From a virus (Duplodnaviria; Caudoviricetes), in the IMG/VR virus record IMGVR_UViG_3300009768_000006, positions 38,552 to 102,551 of that record: a stretch of 64,000 nt of DNA. One strand, given 5' to 3'. The notes under the pieces are model-generated. The model did not search any database, was not told the DNA's origin, and worked only from the letters and a program-made list of their open reading frames with translations. Each line of letters opens with the position of its first letter. Positions within the stretch are counted from its first letter, which is position 1. The position numbers were made by a program, and so were the translations under genes. This document shows, in pieces, positions 19,528 through 29,882 of this stretch.

Positions 19528-20916
19528 ATGACAATGGATGACATCATACTAGCAGCATTTCTAAGAGAACCACTATTCTACGCTAACTACAGTTCTATAG
19601 TAGATAGCAGTATGTTTGATGGTTCTACTCATCGGATAGCTATTAATCTTTATGTAGATTATATAAATACCTACATGAGAATGCCTACTGAAGATGAGAT
19701 GTATGCAGATCTCACAAGATATTGTACTAAGTATGGCATAGATGCATCTATGAAGCAAGCAACTATCGAGCAGCTACAACGATGCTATAAGATGAACTAT
19801 AATGTCAACTATGCTAAAGACAATTTCATAAAGTATGCTACTAAGAATAAATTAACTGCTGCTGTAATAAAGGCAGCAGAGACTATAAAGGGTAAAGATG
19901 ATGAATTAAGTGAGAAAGACTATAACTCGATTCTAGAGAATATACAAGAAGCTATAACTATAAGATCTAGAAGTACTGAAGGAGTAAGTCTGGCTGATGT
20001 AGCAGATGATCCTGTCAAATACATACAAGACAATAACAGATATGATGTAAACAAGATAGTGAAAACTGGGATACCTACTCTTGATGCAGCTCATATAGCG
20101 GGAGGGCCTTTGCCTGGAGAACTTTGCGTAGTAGCAGCTCCTCCTGGTAGAGGTAAATCCACTTTATTAATTAATGTAGGAGCTCATGCTATACTTTCAG
20201 GTCATGATGTAATTCATATATTCGTAGGTGATAACACTGAAGCTGACGGAGTATTGAGATATTGCGCTAGGCTTACAGGTGTGAGTATGCCTCAGATAAT
20301 GCTCAAATCTTCACAGTATGTAGAAACTTGGAAGTACATGAAGGAAAACTTCCACATAGGTAATCTAATATTAGGTGCTTATCCTATAGGTAGTCCTACT
20401 ATGTCAGATATAAGATCATTCATAACTAAGAATATGATACGAAGATCAATCGTACCTAAATTACTTATTATAGACTACATCGATAACTGTAGAAGAGATG
20501 ATGATGATAATTCTTATGAGTCTTTAGGAGTTCTTTATACTCAAATGAAGAATATATGTGAAGAAATGCAGCTAGTAGGATGGACTGCATCACAGCCTAA
20601 AGTAGATACATGGGATACAGACATAAATGCAGGATTGTCTAGTCTAGCTGAAAGCTCTAAGAAACAACACGTATTGGATATACTTATTACCATGAATAAA
20701 CGTAATGATCAAAACTATAGCATATATGTCCCTAAGTTTAGACGTGGTAGAAGTGACTTCAGTGTAGATCTTATTGTAGATTACGAACGTATGCTCATAA
20801 AAGAATCACTAGTTAGCAGAGCAAACGTACCTAGTAGCTCTGGGGTTAATCCAACTACTTATAATCAACAAGCTAATAATGCTAATTTGCCTCCTAGTCC
20901 ATTTACAGGTAAGTAA
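19528..20916 (+). CDS. Replicative DnaB-like helicase
   Basis: TGIPTLD..GG..PGEL...APPGRGKST, IIDYID, WTASQ. Confidence 0.85.
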   Translation: MTMDDIILAAFLREPLFYANYSSIVDSSMFDGSTHRIAINLYVDYINTYMRMPTEDEMYADLTRYCTKYGIDASMKQATIEQLQRCYKMNYNVNYAKDNFIKYATKNKLTAAVIKAAETIKGKDDELSEKDYNSILENIQEAITIRSRSTEGVSLADVADDPVKYIQDNNRYDVNKIVKTGIPTLDAAHIAGGPLPGELCVVAAPPGRGKSTLLINVGAHAILSGHDVIHIFVGDNTEADGVLRYCARLTGVSMPQIMLKSSQYVETWKYMKENFHIGNLILGAYPIGSPTMSDIRSFITKNMIRRSIVPKLLIIDYIDNCRRDDDDNSYESLGVLYTQMKNICEEMQLVGWTASQPKVDTWDTDINAGLSSLAESSKKQHVLDILITMNKRNDQNYSIYVPKFRRGRSDFSVDLIVDYERMLIKESLVSRANVPSSSGVNPTTYNQQANNANLPPSPFTGK

Positions 20917-20918
20917 TT

Positions 20919-21968
20919 ATGAGAGATGATTACAAGATATTAGTAGAGAGTAAACTCACTCCTGTAGGTATTAATGGTGATGATGTAATCTACAGATGTC
21001 CTGTATGTGAAGCTGTAAAAGGATCTGGTCATCTTCAGGTAAATTATAAAATAAATAAATATAATTGCTTTAAGTGTGATGTAGGAGGTTCTGATATAAA
21101 GAATCTACTGCACTTACTTAAAGTAGACGTGAGCATGGATTATGATGCTCTTTACAGTAGTTATGAGAAGAAATTAGACAATATCATATCATCTAAGTCA
21201 GCTAAGAAGCAGGTAACTACAATAAAAGATTATAGTAGAGATCTTAAGGTACTAACGTCCTATTATGATCAGCATACAAAACCATTAACTCCTGTAGCTA
21301 GGAGTTATTTAATATCTAGAGGATTAACTGATGATATAATAATGAAGCTACGAATATCTGAAGGAGTGAATAGATATAACGAGATTATTAAGATAAATAA
21401 TAAAGAATATCTAGGTAGAGATTATAGTGGTAGAGTGATGGTACCTTCTATATACGAAGATAATACTATATCATTCTTCGTAGGTAGGGATTACACAAAT
21501 ACTAAAAATAATAAGTATCTTAATCCTCCTAAGGATCTAGCATTCTCCTCTGAAGATGTATACAATTTGAACTTAGTAGAATCTAATTCAGTTATTATAT
21601 GTGAAGGTGTATTTACAGCTATAACTGTGATAGCAGGTTCAGGTAAAATAAATGCTGTAGCTACCTATGGTAAATCTATAAGCAGTAAATCTAACTCAAA
21701 TGAATCGGTAACTAGTCAAGGTGAGAAATTACTAGCTAGAAAGTTCCATACATATTATATAGCTTATGATGCAGATGCAATGAAGAATTCTATAGAGTCT
21801 GCTAAATATCTTAATGATAGAGGAGCTAATGTTAAAGTAGTACTAATTGATCCTCTAGTTTATGGAGCGAAAGCTGATATAAATGATATAGGTTATCAAG
21901 AATTCGTAAAACTTCTAAATAATTCGTTAACTTATGATAAGTACATTAGGCTAACTTTACTGAATTGA
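20919..21968 (+). CDS. DNA primase (Zn finger + TOPRIM)
   Basis: CPVC...CFKC, YLISRG, KYLNP, ICEGVF, AYDAD, DIND. Confidence 0.9.
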   Translation: MRDDYKILVESKLTPVGINGDDVIYRCPVCEAVKGSGHLQVNYKINKYNCFKCDVGGSDIKNLLHLLKVDVSMDYDALYSSYEKKLDNIISSKSAKKQVTTIKDYSRDLKVLTSYYDQHTKPLTPVARSYLISRGLTDDIIMKLRISEGVNRYNEIIKINNKEYLGRDYSGRVMVPSIYEDNTISFFVGRDYTNTKNNKYLNPPKDLAFSSEDVYNLNLVESNSVIICEGVFTAITVIAGSGKINAVATYGKSISSKSNSNESVTSQGEKLLARKFHTYYIAYDADAMKNSIESAKYLNDRGANVKVVLIDPLVYGAKADINDIGYQEFVKLLNNSLTYDKYIRLTLLN

Positions 21969-21972
21969 ACGT
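21949..21972 (+). promoter_or_regulatory. Phage promoter motif P7
   Basis: GGCTAACT-N11-AACGT upstream of luxS. Confidence 0.8.
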
Positions 21973-22009
21973 TTCTATATACGTAAGAATTGTAATGGAG
22001 GTATTACTA

Positions 22010-22495
22010 ATGATAATGAGTTTCTCGGTGGACCATACAAAATTAGTACCAGGACTCTATCTTTCAGAGAAGATAGGTAACATCTCTATCTGGGATATCA
22101 GGATGGTGGCTCCTTCATCTAAGAAGAAGCTCACAGGTCCTGTAGTTCACACTTTGGAGCACCTCCTAGCATTCTATATTAGATTGCATTTAGGAGAGAA
22201 GAAAGTCATAGGGTTGTATCCTATGGGATGCAAAACAGGATTCTATCTGGTTACTAAAAGAGCTAGTAAACATCAAGTATTGGAAGCGATGAAAGATGTC
22301 TTCCATATATTCTATACGAATGCTCAAGGGAGTTGGGAGGATAGAAATATTATAGCTATCCCTGGAGCTACAGAGAAAAGTTGTGGGAATCCTAACTACC
22401 ACAATCTTCCTGAAGCTCTGAAAGAAGCAGCTAAGTACTATGATAAGCTGTATATGCTGTACACTGTAGATATGGACTATGATAACTTAGTATAA
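22010..22495 (+). CDS. luxS: S-ribosylhomocysteine lyase LuxS
   Basis: SFSVDHTKL, DIR, HTLEH, PMGCKTGFY, IPGA...CGN..YH. Start reassigned to ATG 22010 (GGAGG RBS). Confidence 0.92.
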   Translation: MIMSFSVDHTKLVPGLYLSEKIGNISIWDIRMVAPSSKKKLTGPVVHTLEHLLAFYIRLHLGEKKVIGLYPMGCKTGFYLVTKRASKHQVLEAMKDVFHIFYTNAQGSWEDRNIIAIPGATEKSCGNPNYHNLPEALKEAAKYYDKLYMLYTVDMDYDNLV

Positions 22496-22510
22496 AGGAG
22501 AATATTACTA

Positions 22511-23560
22511 ATGAAGAGTGATAGGTTGGTACAAGGTAATTTTACAGGTCCTATAAGACCTACAGCTAAAATCATAAGTCATACTAGTTATCCTATCGGT
22601 ACTTTGTATACTGTATGGACAGGTACTAGATATGGTAGATGTCTGGATCCTAAGGTAGTTCAGGAGATTTATGATGGTAATTGGACAGAGGATCGCAGGG
22701 ACGAAGTTGAATTCATCTGTAAATGCTATCCTGAGTATACTGGTAGTTGGACTAGTAGGAAGACGCAGGCTTCCTCTGTGATTCTAGCGATTGCTCAGAA
22801 AGTCATAGAGTCAAATGTTCCTGCAGGAGAAGCGGTTCATCTTAATATCCAGATAGACAATGCTAGTGTTGCATGGCGTGAGCAGCTAGTCAGAGGTAGG
22901 ATATCTCAACAATTCTGGACTATGTCTACTAGGATCATGGACATGACGTCTATGGATGTGAACATGAATGATAGCATAAATCTTATCGGTGGTGAAGAAG
23001 CTGTAAAAATTTATGAGGATACTGTTCAGACTATCAGAGATGCTTATACTAAACTGATTGACCTAGGTATCCCTGTAGAGGATATCAGACTGCAACCTCA
23101 GAATCATGTTCATAGAGTGTACTGGATGGTTCCTCTACGTACGTTGGTAACTATTCTGAATAAACGTAGTGACTGGATCGCACAAGGATCTCTTTGGACT
23201 CCTATTGTATCCAGTATCATCTTAGCTCTAAGACAGATAGGGCTTTACAATGTTATAGCTCCGTTCATAGGGAAGCCTATGGTTGAGTTCTCAAAGGATC
23301 CTGAAGGGAACTATTTTGTTTCTAAATATATAATGGAAGCAGATAATGAAGATAGGTATAGTGGGAGAGATAAACTTCCATGTGATCCTCTATGGCTAGC
23401 ATACAGACATAAAACGATGCCAGCTCATACTAACATAGAGCATTATGATTATCTGAAGTCTGTCTACATGAATATTTGGTCTGATGAATATTTGGAAATA
23501 CTAGGATGGGATAGGGAGAATCCTGAGCAGTTAGGTTACTACGATAGACCTCAGGCATAA
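22511..23560 (+). CDS. Divergent ThyX-like (FAD-dependent thymidylate synthase family) protein
   Basis: REQLVRGR-X8-STR versus canonical RHR-X7-SxR; LGIPVEDIR resembles GxxxEDAR. Confidence 0.6.
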   Translation: MKSDRLVQGNFTGPIRPTAKIISHTSYPIGTLYTVWTGTRYGRCLDPKVVQEIYDGNWTEDRRDEVEFICKCYPEYTGSWTSRKTQASSVILAIAQKVIESNVPAGEAVHLNIQIDNASVAWREQLVRGRISQQFWTMSTRIMDMTSMDVNMNDSINLIGGEEAVKIYEDTVQTIRDAYTKLIDLGIPVEDIRLQPQNHVHRVYWMVPLRTLVTILNKRSDWIAQGSLWTPIVSSIILALRQIGLYNVIAPFIGKPMVEFSKDPEGNYFVSKYIMEADNEDRYSGRDKLPCDPLWLAYRHKTMPAHTNIEHYDYLKSVYMNIWSDEYLEILGWDRENPEQLGYYDRPQA

Positions 23561-23572
23561 CAAAAGATAGGA

Positions 23573-24196
23573 GTGTTCTTACAAATGAGCAAGTTTATAG
23601 GGATATCAGGTCCTACATGTACTTACAAAAGTACTATACATGCCTTATTGAAGAAAGTACTGCCTACGGATCCTAAAATAGTATACCTGGATGATATCCA
23701 TGATACTGTATGGAATAACTTGGTAAAGAGTGGTGTATTCTTTAACTATCAAGAACTGACTAGCGATAGAGATTACTTACTCATGTACATATCCAAGCTG
23801 ATAGATTACTATGCTAGTCAGATAGAGAAATACAAATACACTGATAACATTGTAATCATGGATGGGTGTATCGTAGACATATTAGTCTACAGTATGTTGA
23901 ATACCTGGTATCATTATCCAGTGAAAGAGTATACAGAGAAACTGATGGAAAAACTACTGAAGTATATGGATTACATAGACAATGTATTCATCACTATTCC
24001 TGATAAGAATAACGAAGAGAAACTTCAGTACAGCAGAAGAGCTCAACAAACTGCATTTAAGAAGAACAGGCCTCTAGAATGTTCATACTACAACATAGCT
24101 GGAGGTTTGCGTATATGTACGAAGCTTACATCAGACATAGTAAGTAATGCTAATATTATAAAAGAAAAAGTGCTAGAGTATGTAGCCTTACTGTGA
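23573..24196 (+). CDS. P-loop nucleoside/nucleotide kinase-like protein
   Basis: GISGPTCTYKST, IMDGCIVD. Confidence 0.55.
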   Translation: MFLQMSKFIGISGPTCTYKSTIHALLKKVLPTDPKIVYLDDIHDTVWNNLVKSGVFFNYQELTSDRDYLLMYISKLIDYYASQIEKYKYTDNIVIMDGCIVDILVYSMLNTWYHYPVKEYTEKLMEKLLKYMDYIDNVFITIPDKNNEEKLQYSRRAQQTAFKKNRPLECSYYNIAGGLRICTKLTSDIVSNANIIKEKVLEYVALL

Positions 24197-24208
24197 GCAT
24201 CATAACGT
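24185..24208 (+). promoter_or_regulatory. Phage promoter motif P8
   Basis: GCCTTACT-N11-AACGT. Confidence 0.7.
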
Positions 24209-24232
24209 TCTATATAATGGAGGTGATTACAC

Positions 24233-24958
24233 ATGCTCATAATAGATTCCATGGATAAACTACTAAACCACATAATAACAAATTGTTTTGAATATGACGG
24301 AATAGTAGTAGAAGGCTATGATTGTGTAGGTAAAGGTAGAGTACTAACTGATATAGCCTATGGATTAAATACTACTGTATATAGACCTGATTATACTGTA
24401 TGGACTCCTGAATTCTTAGGGAAAGAGGAAAGATGGAAGCTATCAGCTTACTATTTGGATATATGTTCTAAGCTTCATATTCCTAGAAAATCATTGAATA
24501 TCCAGGAATTCAGGAATAATCCTATAGACATATTTGATAGAGGAGTATTGTCAGGATATGTTTATAACCATGTAGATATAAGAAAATTCTACAAGGAGAT
24601 ATTAAGAGACTACAGACTACTTCATGTGATAGTGACCTGTGATGAATATAGTTTCTTCAAATACTTAGAATCTAGAAATAATAATATCACTGAGCAGCAG
24701 AAGCATGAGGAATTATTTAAATTAGCAGTTTACACTGAGTCATATGTTAATATTGCGAAGGAATTAGACCTATTAGCTTGTGTCTATATTAACAGTTATG
24801 ATCAATGCAAAGATAATTCTAATACTTGTGAAGGCTGTGGGCATTATAGCTATGGTGTATGTAAGAATCCTAGAAGTGATTATTATAACAATACAGTTAA
24901 TGATAATTTGAGCAGATGTAAAGTATCTAATGACGAGGAGATACAAGATGTACAATAA
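24233..24958 (+). CDS. dNMP kinase-like protein with C-terminal Cys cluster
   Basis: VVEGYDCVGK, IFDRG..SGYVY; CEGC...C...C tail. Confidence 0.6.
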   Translation: MLIIDSMDKLLNHIITNCFEYDGIVVEGYDCVGKGRVLTDIAYGLNTTVYRPDYTVWTPEFLGKEERWKLSAYYLDICSKLHIPRKSLNIQEFRNNPIDIFDRGVLSGYVYNHVDIRKFYKEILRDYRLLHVIVTCDEYSFFKYLESRNNNITEQQKHEELFKLAVYTESYVNIAKELDLLACVYINSYDQCKDNSNTCEGCGHYSYGVCKNPRSDYYNNTVNDNLSRCKVSNDEEIQDVQ

Positions 24959-27872
24959 ATGTGACCTTTGTAATTATAGTCAAGGAGCTTTTCATCAGAT
25001 TGAGCCTATAGGGAACTGCCAAGATGATGAGTGTGAGCTCCTGATTATAGGAGATTATCCTAAGGCTGAAGATGATGCTTCAGGATATCCATTGTCAAAT
25101 AGTAATCTTCAATTTTATTGGGAATTACTAAATGATCTTAAAGTAAAATATAAAGTAGTGTATGCTATGAAATGCATACCTATAGATTATAGAAATCGTA
25201 GGTATATGAAACCTACTATAAGTGACTTCGATACATGCATAAGGAATAACCTCGTAAATTATATAGTTAAAGTAGCTCCTGAGTGTATCCTGACATTAGG
25301 ACAGTTGGCTTTAGAAATTATGCTTGGCGAGGGTAAGAAGATAGGAGATTACAGAGAAAGAGCTGCTACGATTAGGATTCCTAATAAATCAGTGAAACTT
25401 ATCTCTACTTATAGCCCTTCTTATGCAGTTGATAATGAATCTACTATGTTCATGGATAGAGTTATAGAAGATACTGTGTATGCTAGCAGACATGCTATGG
25501 CTTACAGATATAAGGATACATATAAAACTATAACTTTAGATGCTATTGAATACTCTAAACTAGTAGATACTTTATTGTTAGATGATAGTGTAGAGTATAT
25601 TAGCTTCGATACAGAATCCAATGGACTTAATCCTCTAGTTCCTGGAGCAAAGATAACTTCTTTCTCTATATCCTATAACTATAATGTAGGTTACAATATA
25701 TTCTGCTATCATCCTGAGCTTGATATAAGTGATGAAGATAGACGTATTATTATAGAAGCATCAAAGAAGCTACTGACAAGTAAAAAAGTTATAGCTCATC
25801 ATATAAAGCATGAGTATCGATATGTTAAAGTATTGTGGGGATTCACTCCTAATCTAGTAGAAGATACAATGTATATGTCCTACTCATTGTTTATGTCAAA
25901 AGTAGGAGTAAGTAATGGATTAAAATATCTGGCTGGTAGATTCTTGCAGATGCCTCCGTGGGAAGAATACATAAATAGATATGTTGATCTATTCGATATG
26001 CTAAAGAAACTTAAGACTCTCGATGATGATAAAATAGCTAGATATAAAGATGTATACAATGACCTACAATTCACTAATGAAGAAGTTTATAAATGGTATA
26101 GTATATTGAAAGATCCTGATTATTATATTAGGCAAGTGGACTCTGAAGATGCTGATATATTCATGTGGATGATACCTGTGAGAGTATTAGAGAAATATGC
26201 TGGTATGGATGCTATAGCTCCTCTCATGCTTAAGGATGTCTTATTGCCTATGATAGAGTCTGATCCAGCTTTGTTAGAATCTTATAGGAGAGTAGTTAAA
26301 GGTGGAGGAGTATTTGCAAACATAGAGTTAAGAGGTATCAGGATCGAAGGTATAGATAGATGGACTACTATATATGAAGAGAAGATAGCTGAGCATTATG
26401 AGAAACTCAGATCTTATGATGAAGTATTAGCACTAGAATCTGAAGAAGGAGCTGTTTATAATCCTAATTCTAGTAAGCAGAATTCTAAGTTGTTCTTCGA
26501 TTATTTCAAGTTGCCTGTTATAGATAGTACATCATCTGGTAATCCTAGTACTAATGAAAATACATTGATAACTCTTATAAAGCAGTACAGAGAAAAATCA
26601 GATGAAAAGTCTGCTCGGGTATTGTCATTCCTGGAGAATTTCAGAGATTACAAGAAACTGTCTAAGATACATTCTACTTATTTCATAGGCCTTAGGAGAT
26701 TCATGCATGAGAATGATGCATTCGATGGTCATACTAACACTTATGTACCTAGTCCTAATGGAGTCCATGAGTTACATCTGCATCCACAATACTTGCTACA
26801 TGGGACTGAGACTGGTAGACTGTCTTCTAGTAATCCATCTATGCATGTAATACCTTTTAGATCAGATGTGAAGTCTATATTAGTTCCTCATGATCATAAA
26901 AGAGGAGGATTGTTCGTATCTGCTGACCAATCACAGCTAGAAATTAGAGTACTAGCATGTATCGTTGAGAAATTCTATGGAGATCCAAGTCTAGCTAATG
27001 CTTATAGAGAAGGTAGAGACATTCATCGATATAATGCGTCAAAGATTTTCTCTAAACCTGAAGAAGAAGTAGTAGATGCAGAACGTAGATTTGCTAAGAC
27101 TATCAGTTTCTCATTATTATACGGTAGTACAGAATATACTGTATCAGAGAATACAGGAAGGACTGTAGAGGAGTGCGCTCAACTTTTCAACCAGTTCTTT
27201 GAAGCTTTTCCGGGTGTAAAACTTTACATAGAAGATATGCATAAGTATGCATCTACTTATGGATGTGTCCGCACTCCATTTGGCAGGATAAGACATCTAG
27301 AGAACGCATTGCATCCTGAAGTACGTAGTAAGTATGAAGCATCTAAGAGACAAGCTCAGAATACTGTTATACAATCTACTGGTAGCGATATGTCACTCGT
27401 ATCTATAAACTACATGGATGATCATTTAATAGAGAAAAATTACAAATCAGCTGTAATAGCTTTCGTTCATGACTCCATAACTATAGATACTCATCCTGGA
27501 GAGTTATTTGAAATGATCGATCTACTCAAGTATTCTATGAAGACTCTGCTAGAGATGCTACCATGGGTAACTTGTCCGTTAGGAGTAGATATAGATATAA
27601 CAGATAATATGGCAGATCATTGTGGATTAAAGAGTATGGAGATCCTAGAAGATGGTTCTAGGATATTAGTATTAGATGGATATGACTATGAAGTAGCTGC
27701 AGTCATTAATGAAATGCGTGTAGCATATGAAATAATTAGCGAAGAATTATTATCAGAGAAGGAATTCTTCGAGAGTCCTGGAGATCTTGTAGCTAGAAAA
27801 GCAATTAATCTAGGATTCGATAATAAGACTTTTATAGAGCAGAAGAAGAAGATACACTTGAGAAAGAAATGA
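24948..27872 (+). CDS. polA: Family A DNA polymerase with N-terminal UDG family-4-like domain and 3'-5' exonuclease
   Basis: CDLC...IGDYP..EDD.SG.P (UDG4-like); SFDTES; TGRLSS; DQSQLEIR; AKTISFSLLYG; QSTGSD; VHDS. Confidence 0.92.
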   Translation: MYNKCDLCNYSQGAFHQIEPIGNCQDDECELLIIGDYPKAEDDASGYPLSNSNLQFYWELLNDLKVKYKVVYAMKCIPIDYRNRRYMKPTISDFDTCIRNNLVNYIVKVAPECILTLGQLALEIMLGEGKKIGDYRERAATIRIPNKSVKLISTYSPSYAVDNESTMFMDRVIEDTVYASRHAMAYRYKDTYKTITLDAIEYSKLVDTLLLDDSVEYISFDTESNGLNPLVPGAKITSFSISYNYNVGYNIFCYHPELDISDEDRRIIIEASKKLLTSKKVIAHHIKHEYRYVKVLWGFTPNLVEDTMYMSYSLFMSKVGVSNGLKYLAGRFLQMPPWEEYINRYVDLFDMLKKLKTLDDDKIARYKDVYNDLQFTNEEVYKWYSILKDPDYYIRQVDSEDADIFMWMIPVRVLEKYAGMDAIAPLMLKDVLLPMIESDPALLESYRRVVKGGGVFANIELRGIRIEGIDRWTTIYEEKIAEHYEKLRSYDEVLALESEEGAVYNPNSSKQNSKLFFDYFKLPVIDSTSSGNPSTNENTLITLIKQYREKSDEKSARVLSFLENFRDYKKLSKIHSTYFIGLRRFMHENDAFDGHTNTYVPSPNGVHELHLHPQYLLHGTETGRLSSSNPSMHVIPFRSDVKSILVPHDHKRGGLFVSADQSQLEIRVLACIVEKFYGDPSLANAYREGRDIHRYNASKIFSKPEEEVVDAERRFAKTISFSLLYGSTEYTVSENTGRTVEECAQLFNQFFEAFPGVKLYIEDMHKYASTYGCVRTPFGRIRHLENALHPEVRSKYEASKRQAQNTVIQSTGSDMSLVSINYMDDHLIEKNYKSAVIAFVHDSITIDTHPGELFEMIDLLKYSMKTLLEMLPWVTCPLGVDIDITDNMADHCGLKSMEILEDGSRILVLDGYDYEVAAVINEMRVAYEIISEELLSEKEFFESPGDLVARKAINLGFDNKTFIEQKKKIHLRKK

Positions 27873-27876
27873 TTGT

Positions 27877-28386
27877 ATGGATATTAGAGTAGAGGATCAT
27901 TTCAAGTTGGTGCATCATGTACTGCATAAGAAGTTCTACTACAAGTCTAAAGAAGACTATGAGGATTTATTTCAAGTAGGATGTATAGGATTACTGAAAG
28001 CTACCAGGACTTTTGATGAATCTAAAGCTATTAAGTTTTCTACGTATGCAGCTATGTGTATATATAATGAACTCCTCTGTTATCTAAGACCTAGCAAGAA
28101 TGAGATAAAGTGTGTATCTATATATGCAGATATATCAGAAGATGGATCTAACAATCTACTAGATTCTATAGCTGATACCAGTGATGATATAGTATATTCA
28201 TATGTATGTGATGGATTCCTAGAAATCTATAATAAACTATCTCCTCGGGATCAATCTATAATACATATGAGACTACTTGATAATTATACTAATAGAGAGA
28301 TAAGTAAGAAATATAATCTTTCACATACTACTGTTTCTAGAGTGCTAGCAGCTTTCAAGAAAGCTATGATGGACTATGTTAGTTAA
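27877..28386 (+). CDS. RNA polymerase sigma factor, sporulation (SigF/G/E/K)-like
   Basis: EDLFQVGCIGLLKA..FD...KFSTYA; region 4 TNREIS...SHTTVSR. Confidence 0.88.
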   Translation: MDIRVEDHFKLVHHVLHKKFYYKSKEDYEDLFQVGCIGLLKATRTFDESKAIKFSTYAAMCIYNELLCYLRPSKNEIKCVSIYADISEDGSNNLLDSIADTSDDIVYSYVCDGFLEIYNKLSPRDQSIIHMRLLDNYTNREISKKYNLSHTTVSRVLAAFKKAMMDYVS

Positions 28387-28389
28387 TTA

Positions 28390-28413
28390 GGCTAACTCTT
28401 ATATATCAAACGT
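28390..28413 (+). promoter_or_regulatory. Phage promoter motif P9
   Basis: GGCTAACT-N11-AACGT. Confidence 0.75.
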
Positions 28414-28590
28414 TTTTTTACTTTGAAAAGGAGCAAGATTAGACTTGACTCTTCAAAGAAATTATCAGGAGGCTACTAGAATGTACGAATTTGTTCATAA
28501 ACTATATTCGATCTTCAATTTTGTGAAGGATGTAATACCAGCTTTAGTTAAACCTGCCGCCCTGCCCGTGAGTGGAGAAAGGAGATTGAT

Positions 28591-28803
28591 ATGACAAGCC
28601 CCATGATATCACAGCTAAACAAGACAAGCCCCTGCACACCCACCTGCCCCGACCGCACGTCCACATGTCACGCGACCTGCCCCAAACAAAAAGCGTGGGA
28701 GGCGTACAAAAAGCCGATTTACAAGGCGAGGGAACTGGCGAACGAGATTTGCACCAGCACGGAGCATTGGGAGAACTACGCGCGGAAGGTGCGGATAGGA
28801 TGA
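28591..28803 (+). CDS. Small Cys-rich hypothetical (prophage-type)
   Basis: PC...CPDR...CHATC; strong RBS. Confidence 0.65.
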   Translation: MTSPMISQLNKTSPCTPTCPDRTSTCHATCPKQKAWEAYKKPIYKARELANEICTSTEHWENYARKVRIG

Positions 28804-28817
28804 AAGGAGATTGACAC

Positions 28818-28994
28818 ATGAAAACAACCAAAGACCTGATCGCGGAGGCGGAGCAGCTACAGGAGCGCGAGAAATACCCGTGTTACGGGTACGAGTGCTA
28901 CGAACGCGGTAATTACCATGTAGGGTGTAGCGCTTGCCCGTATTTCAAGCGACACCTGCCCGAGCCGCCCGAACAGGAAGGAGAACCGAAGTGA
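28818..28994 (+). CDS. Small Cys-rich hypothetical (MKTTKDLIAEAE...)
   Basis: Hand-translated 58 aa; GAAAGGAG RBS. Confidence 0.55.
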   Translation: MKTTKDLIAEAEQLQEREKYPCYGYECYERGNYHVGCSACPYFKRHLPEPPEQEGEPK

Positions 28995-29272
28995 GCCGAC
29001 TTATTGATGCAGACAATCTGCTTAGTAAATTCAATATAGACGATATGACAAATATAAACGGTTGTGTCCCAATGAGCATTGCAAGGCGGACAATAGAATC
29101 CGCCCCGACCGTCGAAGCTGCGCCGGTGGTGCATGGAAGGTGGATATACCAGAGATTAGTCAGCGCAGACCCATACAAGTGTAGCGTCTGCGGCGATACC
29201 GTCAACGTATACGCTTACTACTATTGCCCCAGCTGCGGCGCAATCATGGACGGAAAGGAGGGAAACCAGTGA
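28991..29272 (+). CDS. Zn-ribbon protein of the RLIDAD...APTV...HGRW...CPxCGA prophage family
   Basis: GTG start overlapping upstream stop; characteristic motifs. Confidence 0.75.
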   Translation: MSRLIDADNLLSKFNIDDMTNINGCVPMSIARRTIESAPTVEAAPVVHGRWIYQRLVSADPYKCSVCGDTVNVYAYYYCPSCGAIMDGKEGNQ

Positions 29273-29430
29273 AACGCTTCCTGCTATGACTAGTCTTTGA
29301 CAGCGGCATAAAGCTTGGGCGGATGGCTCCGTATCTATTTGGGTTGGCGATACGCAGTCGCCCACACAGGGTCATTGAGATTAATTGTGGCGCTCGGGCT
29401 AAAGGAAAGGAGGAAAACTGGGATGCCTGA
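29269..29430 (+). pseudogene. Small ORF with in-frame TGA at codon 7
   Basis: MKRFLL*LVFDSGIKLGRMAPYLFGLAIRSRP...; GGAGG RBS; TGA at 29287. Confidence 0.5.
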
Positions 29431-29608
29431 AAGCGTGACCGTCGCATGCCCCTACTGCGGACGTGTAACGAATTCAGTTTTGGAAAATTTATCCAAAATA
29501 AAAGTTACTAAGTGCATCCCATGCGGTAGGCTGTTTGTCACGAAAGCTACGATTGTAACAACCGTTATCGCTGTCGGCCTCAAAATCGAAGGCGAGGAAC
29601 ATAAGTAA
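29423..29608 (+). CDS. Zn-ribbon hypothetical (MPESVTVACPYCG...)
   Basis: CPYC/CIPC; AGGAGG RBS. Confidence 0.6.
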   Translation: MPESVTVACPYCGRVTNSVLENLSKIKVTKCIPCGRLFVTKATIVTTVIAVGLKIEGEEHK

Positions 29609-29643
29609 GTCCGCTAGTCAGTCAGCAGAGAAAGGAGCAAAAA

Positions 29644-29871
29644 GTGAAGGCAAAAGTAATAATCGTACTTGGGTTGTTGGCTATGTTCCTATTAACAGGA
29701 TGTGATGAAAAGTATCCGCTCATTGAAGTTCACACAGGGTCTTTTACGTGGGAGAAAAGAACGATACAGCTGGGCGACCGATTTGTGCTGAGGGAGTGGT
29801 ACCCCTACGATATTATTAAGACTGATAAAGGCATGGACATAGTAATCCATTTTGACAATGTAGAGGAATAA
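29644..29871 (+). CDS. Putative lipoprotein
   Basis: Signal peptide with LTGC lipobox. Confidence 0.6.
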   Translation: MKAKVIIVLGLLAMFLLTGCDEKYPLIEVHTGSFTWEKRTIQLGDRFVLREWYPYDIIKTDKGMDIVIHFDNVEE

Positions 29872-29882
29872 GGAGATATAAT

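Larger units (their letters stand above)
28552..29871 (+). mobile_element. GC/CG-rich recently acquired segment of prophage-type small genes
   Basis: Abrupt compositional shift; repeated GAAAGGAGATTGA RBS; boundaries approximate. Confidence 0.6.
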
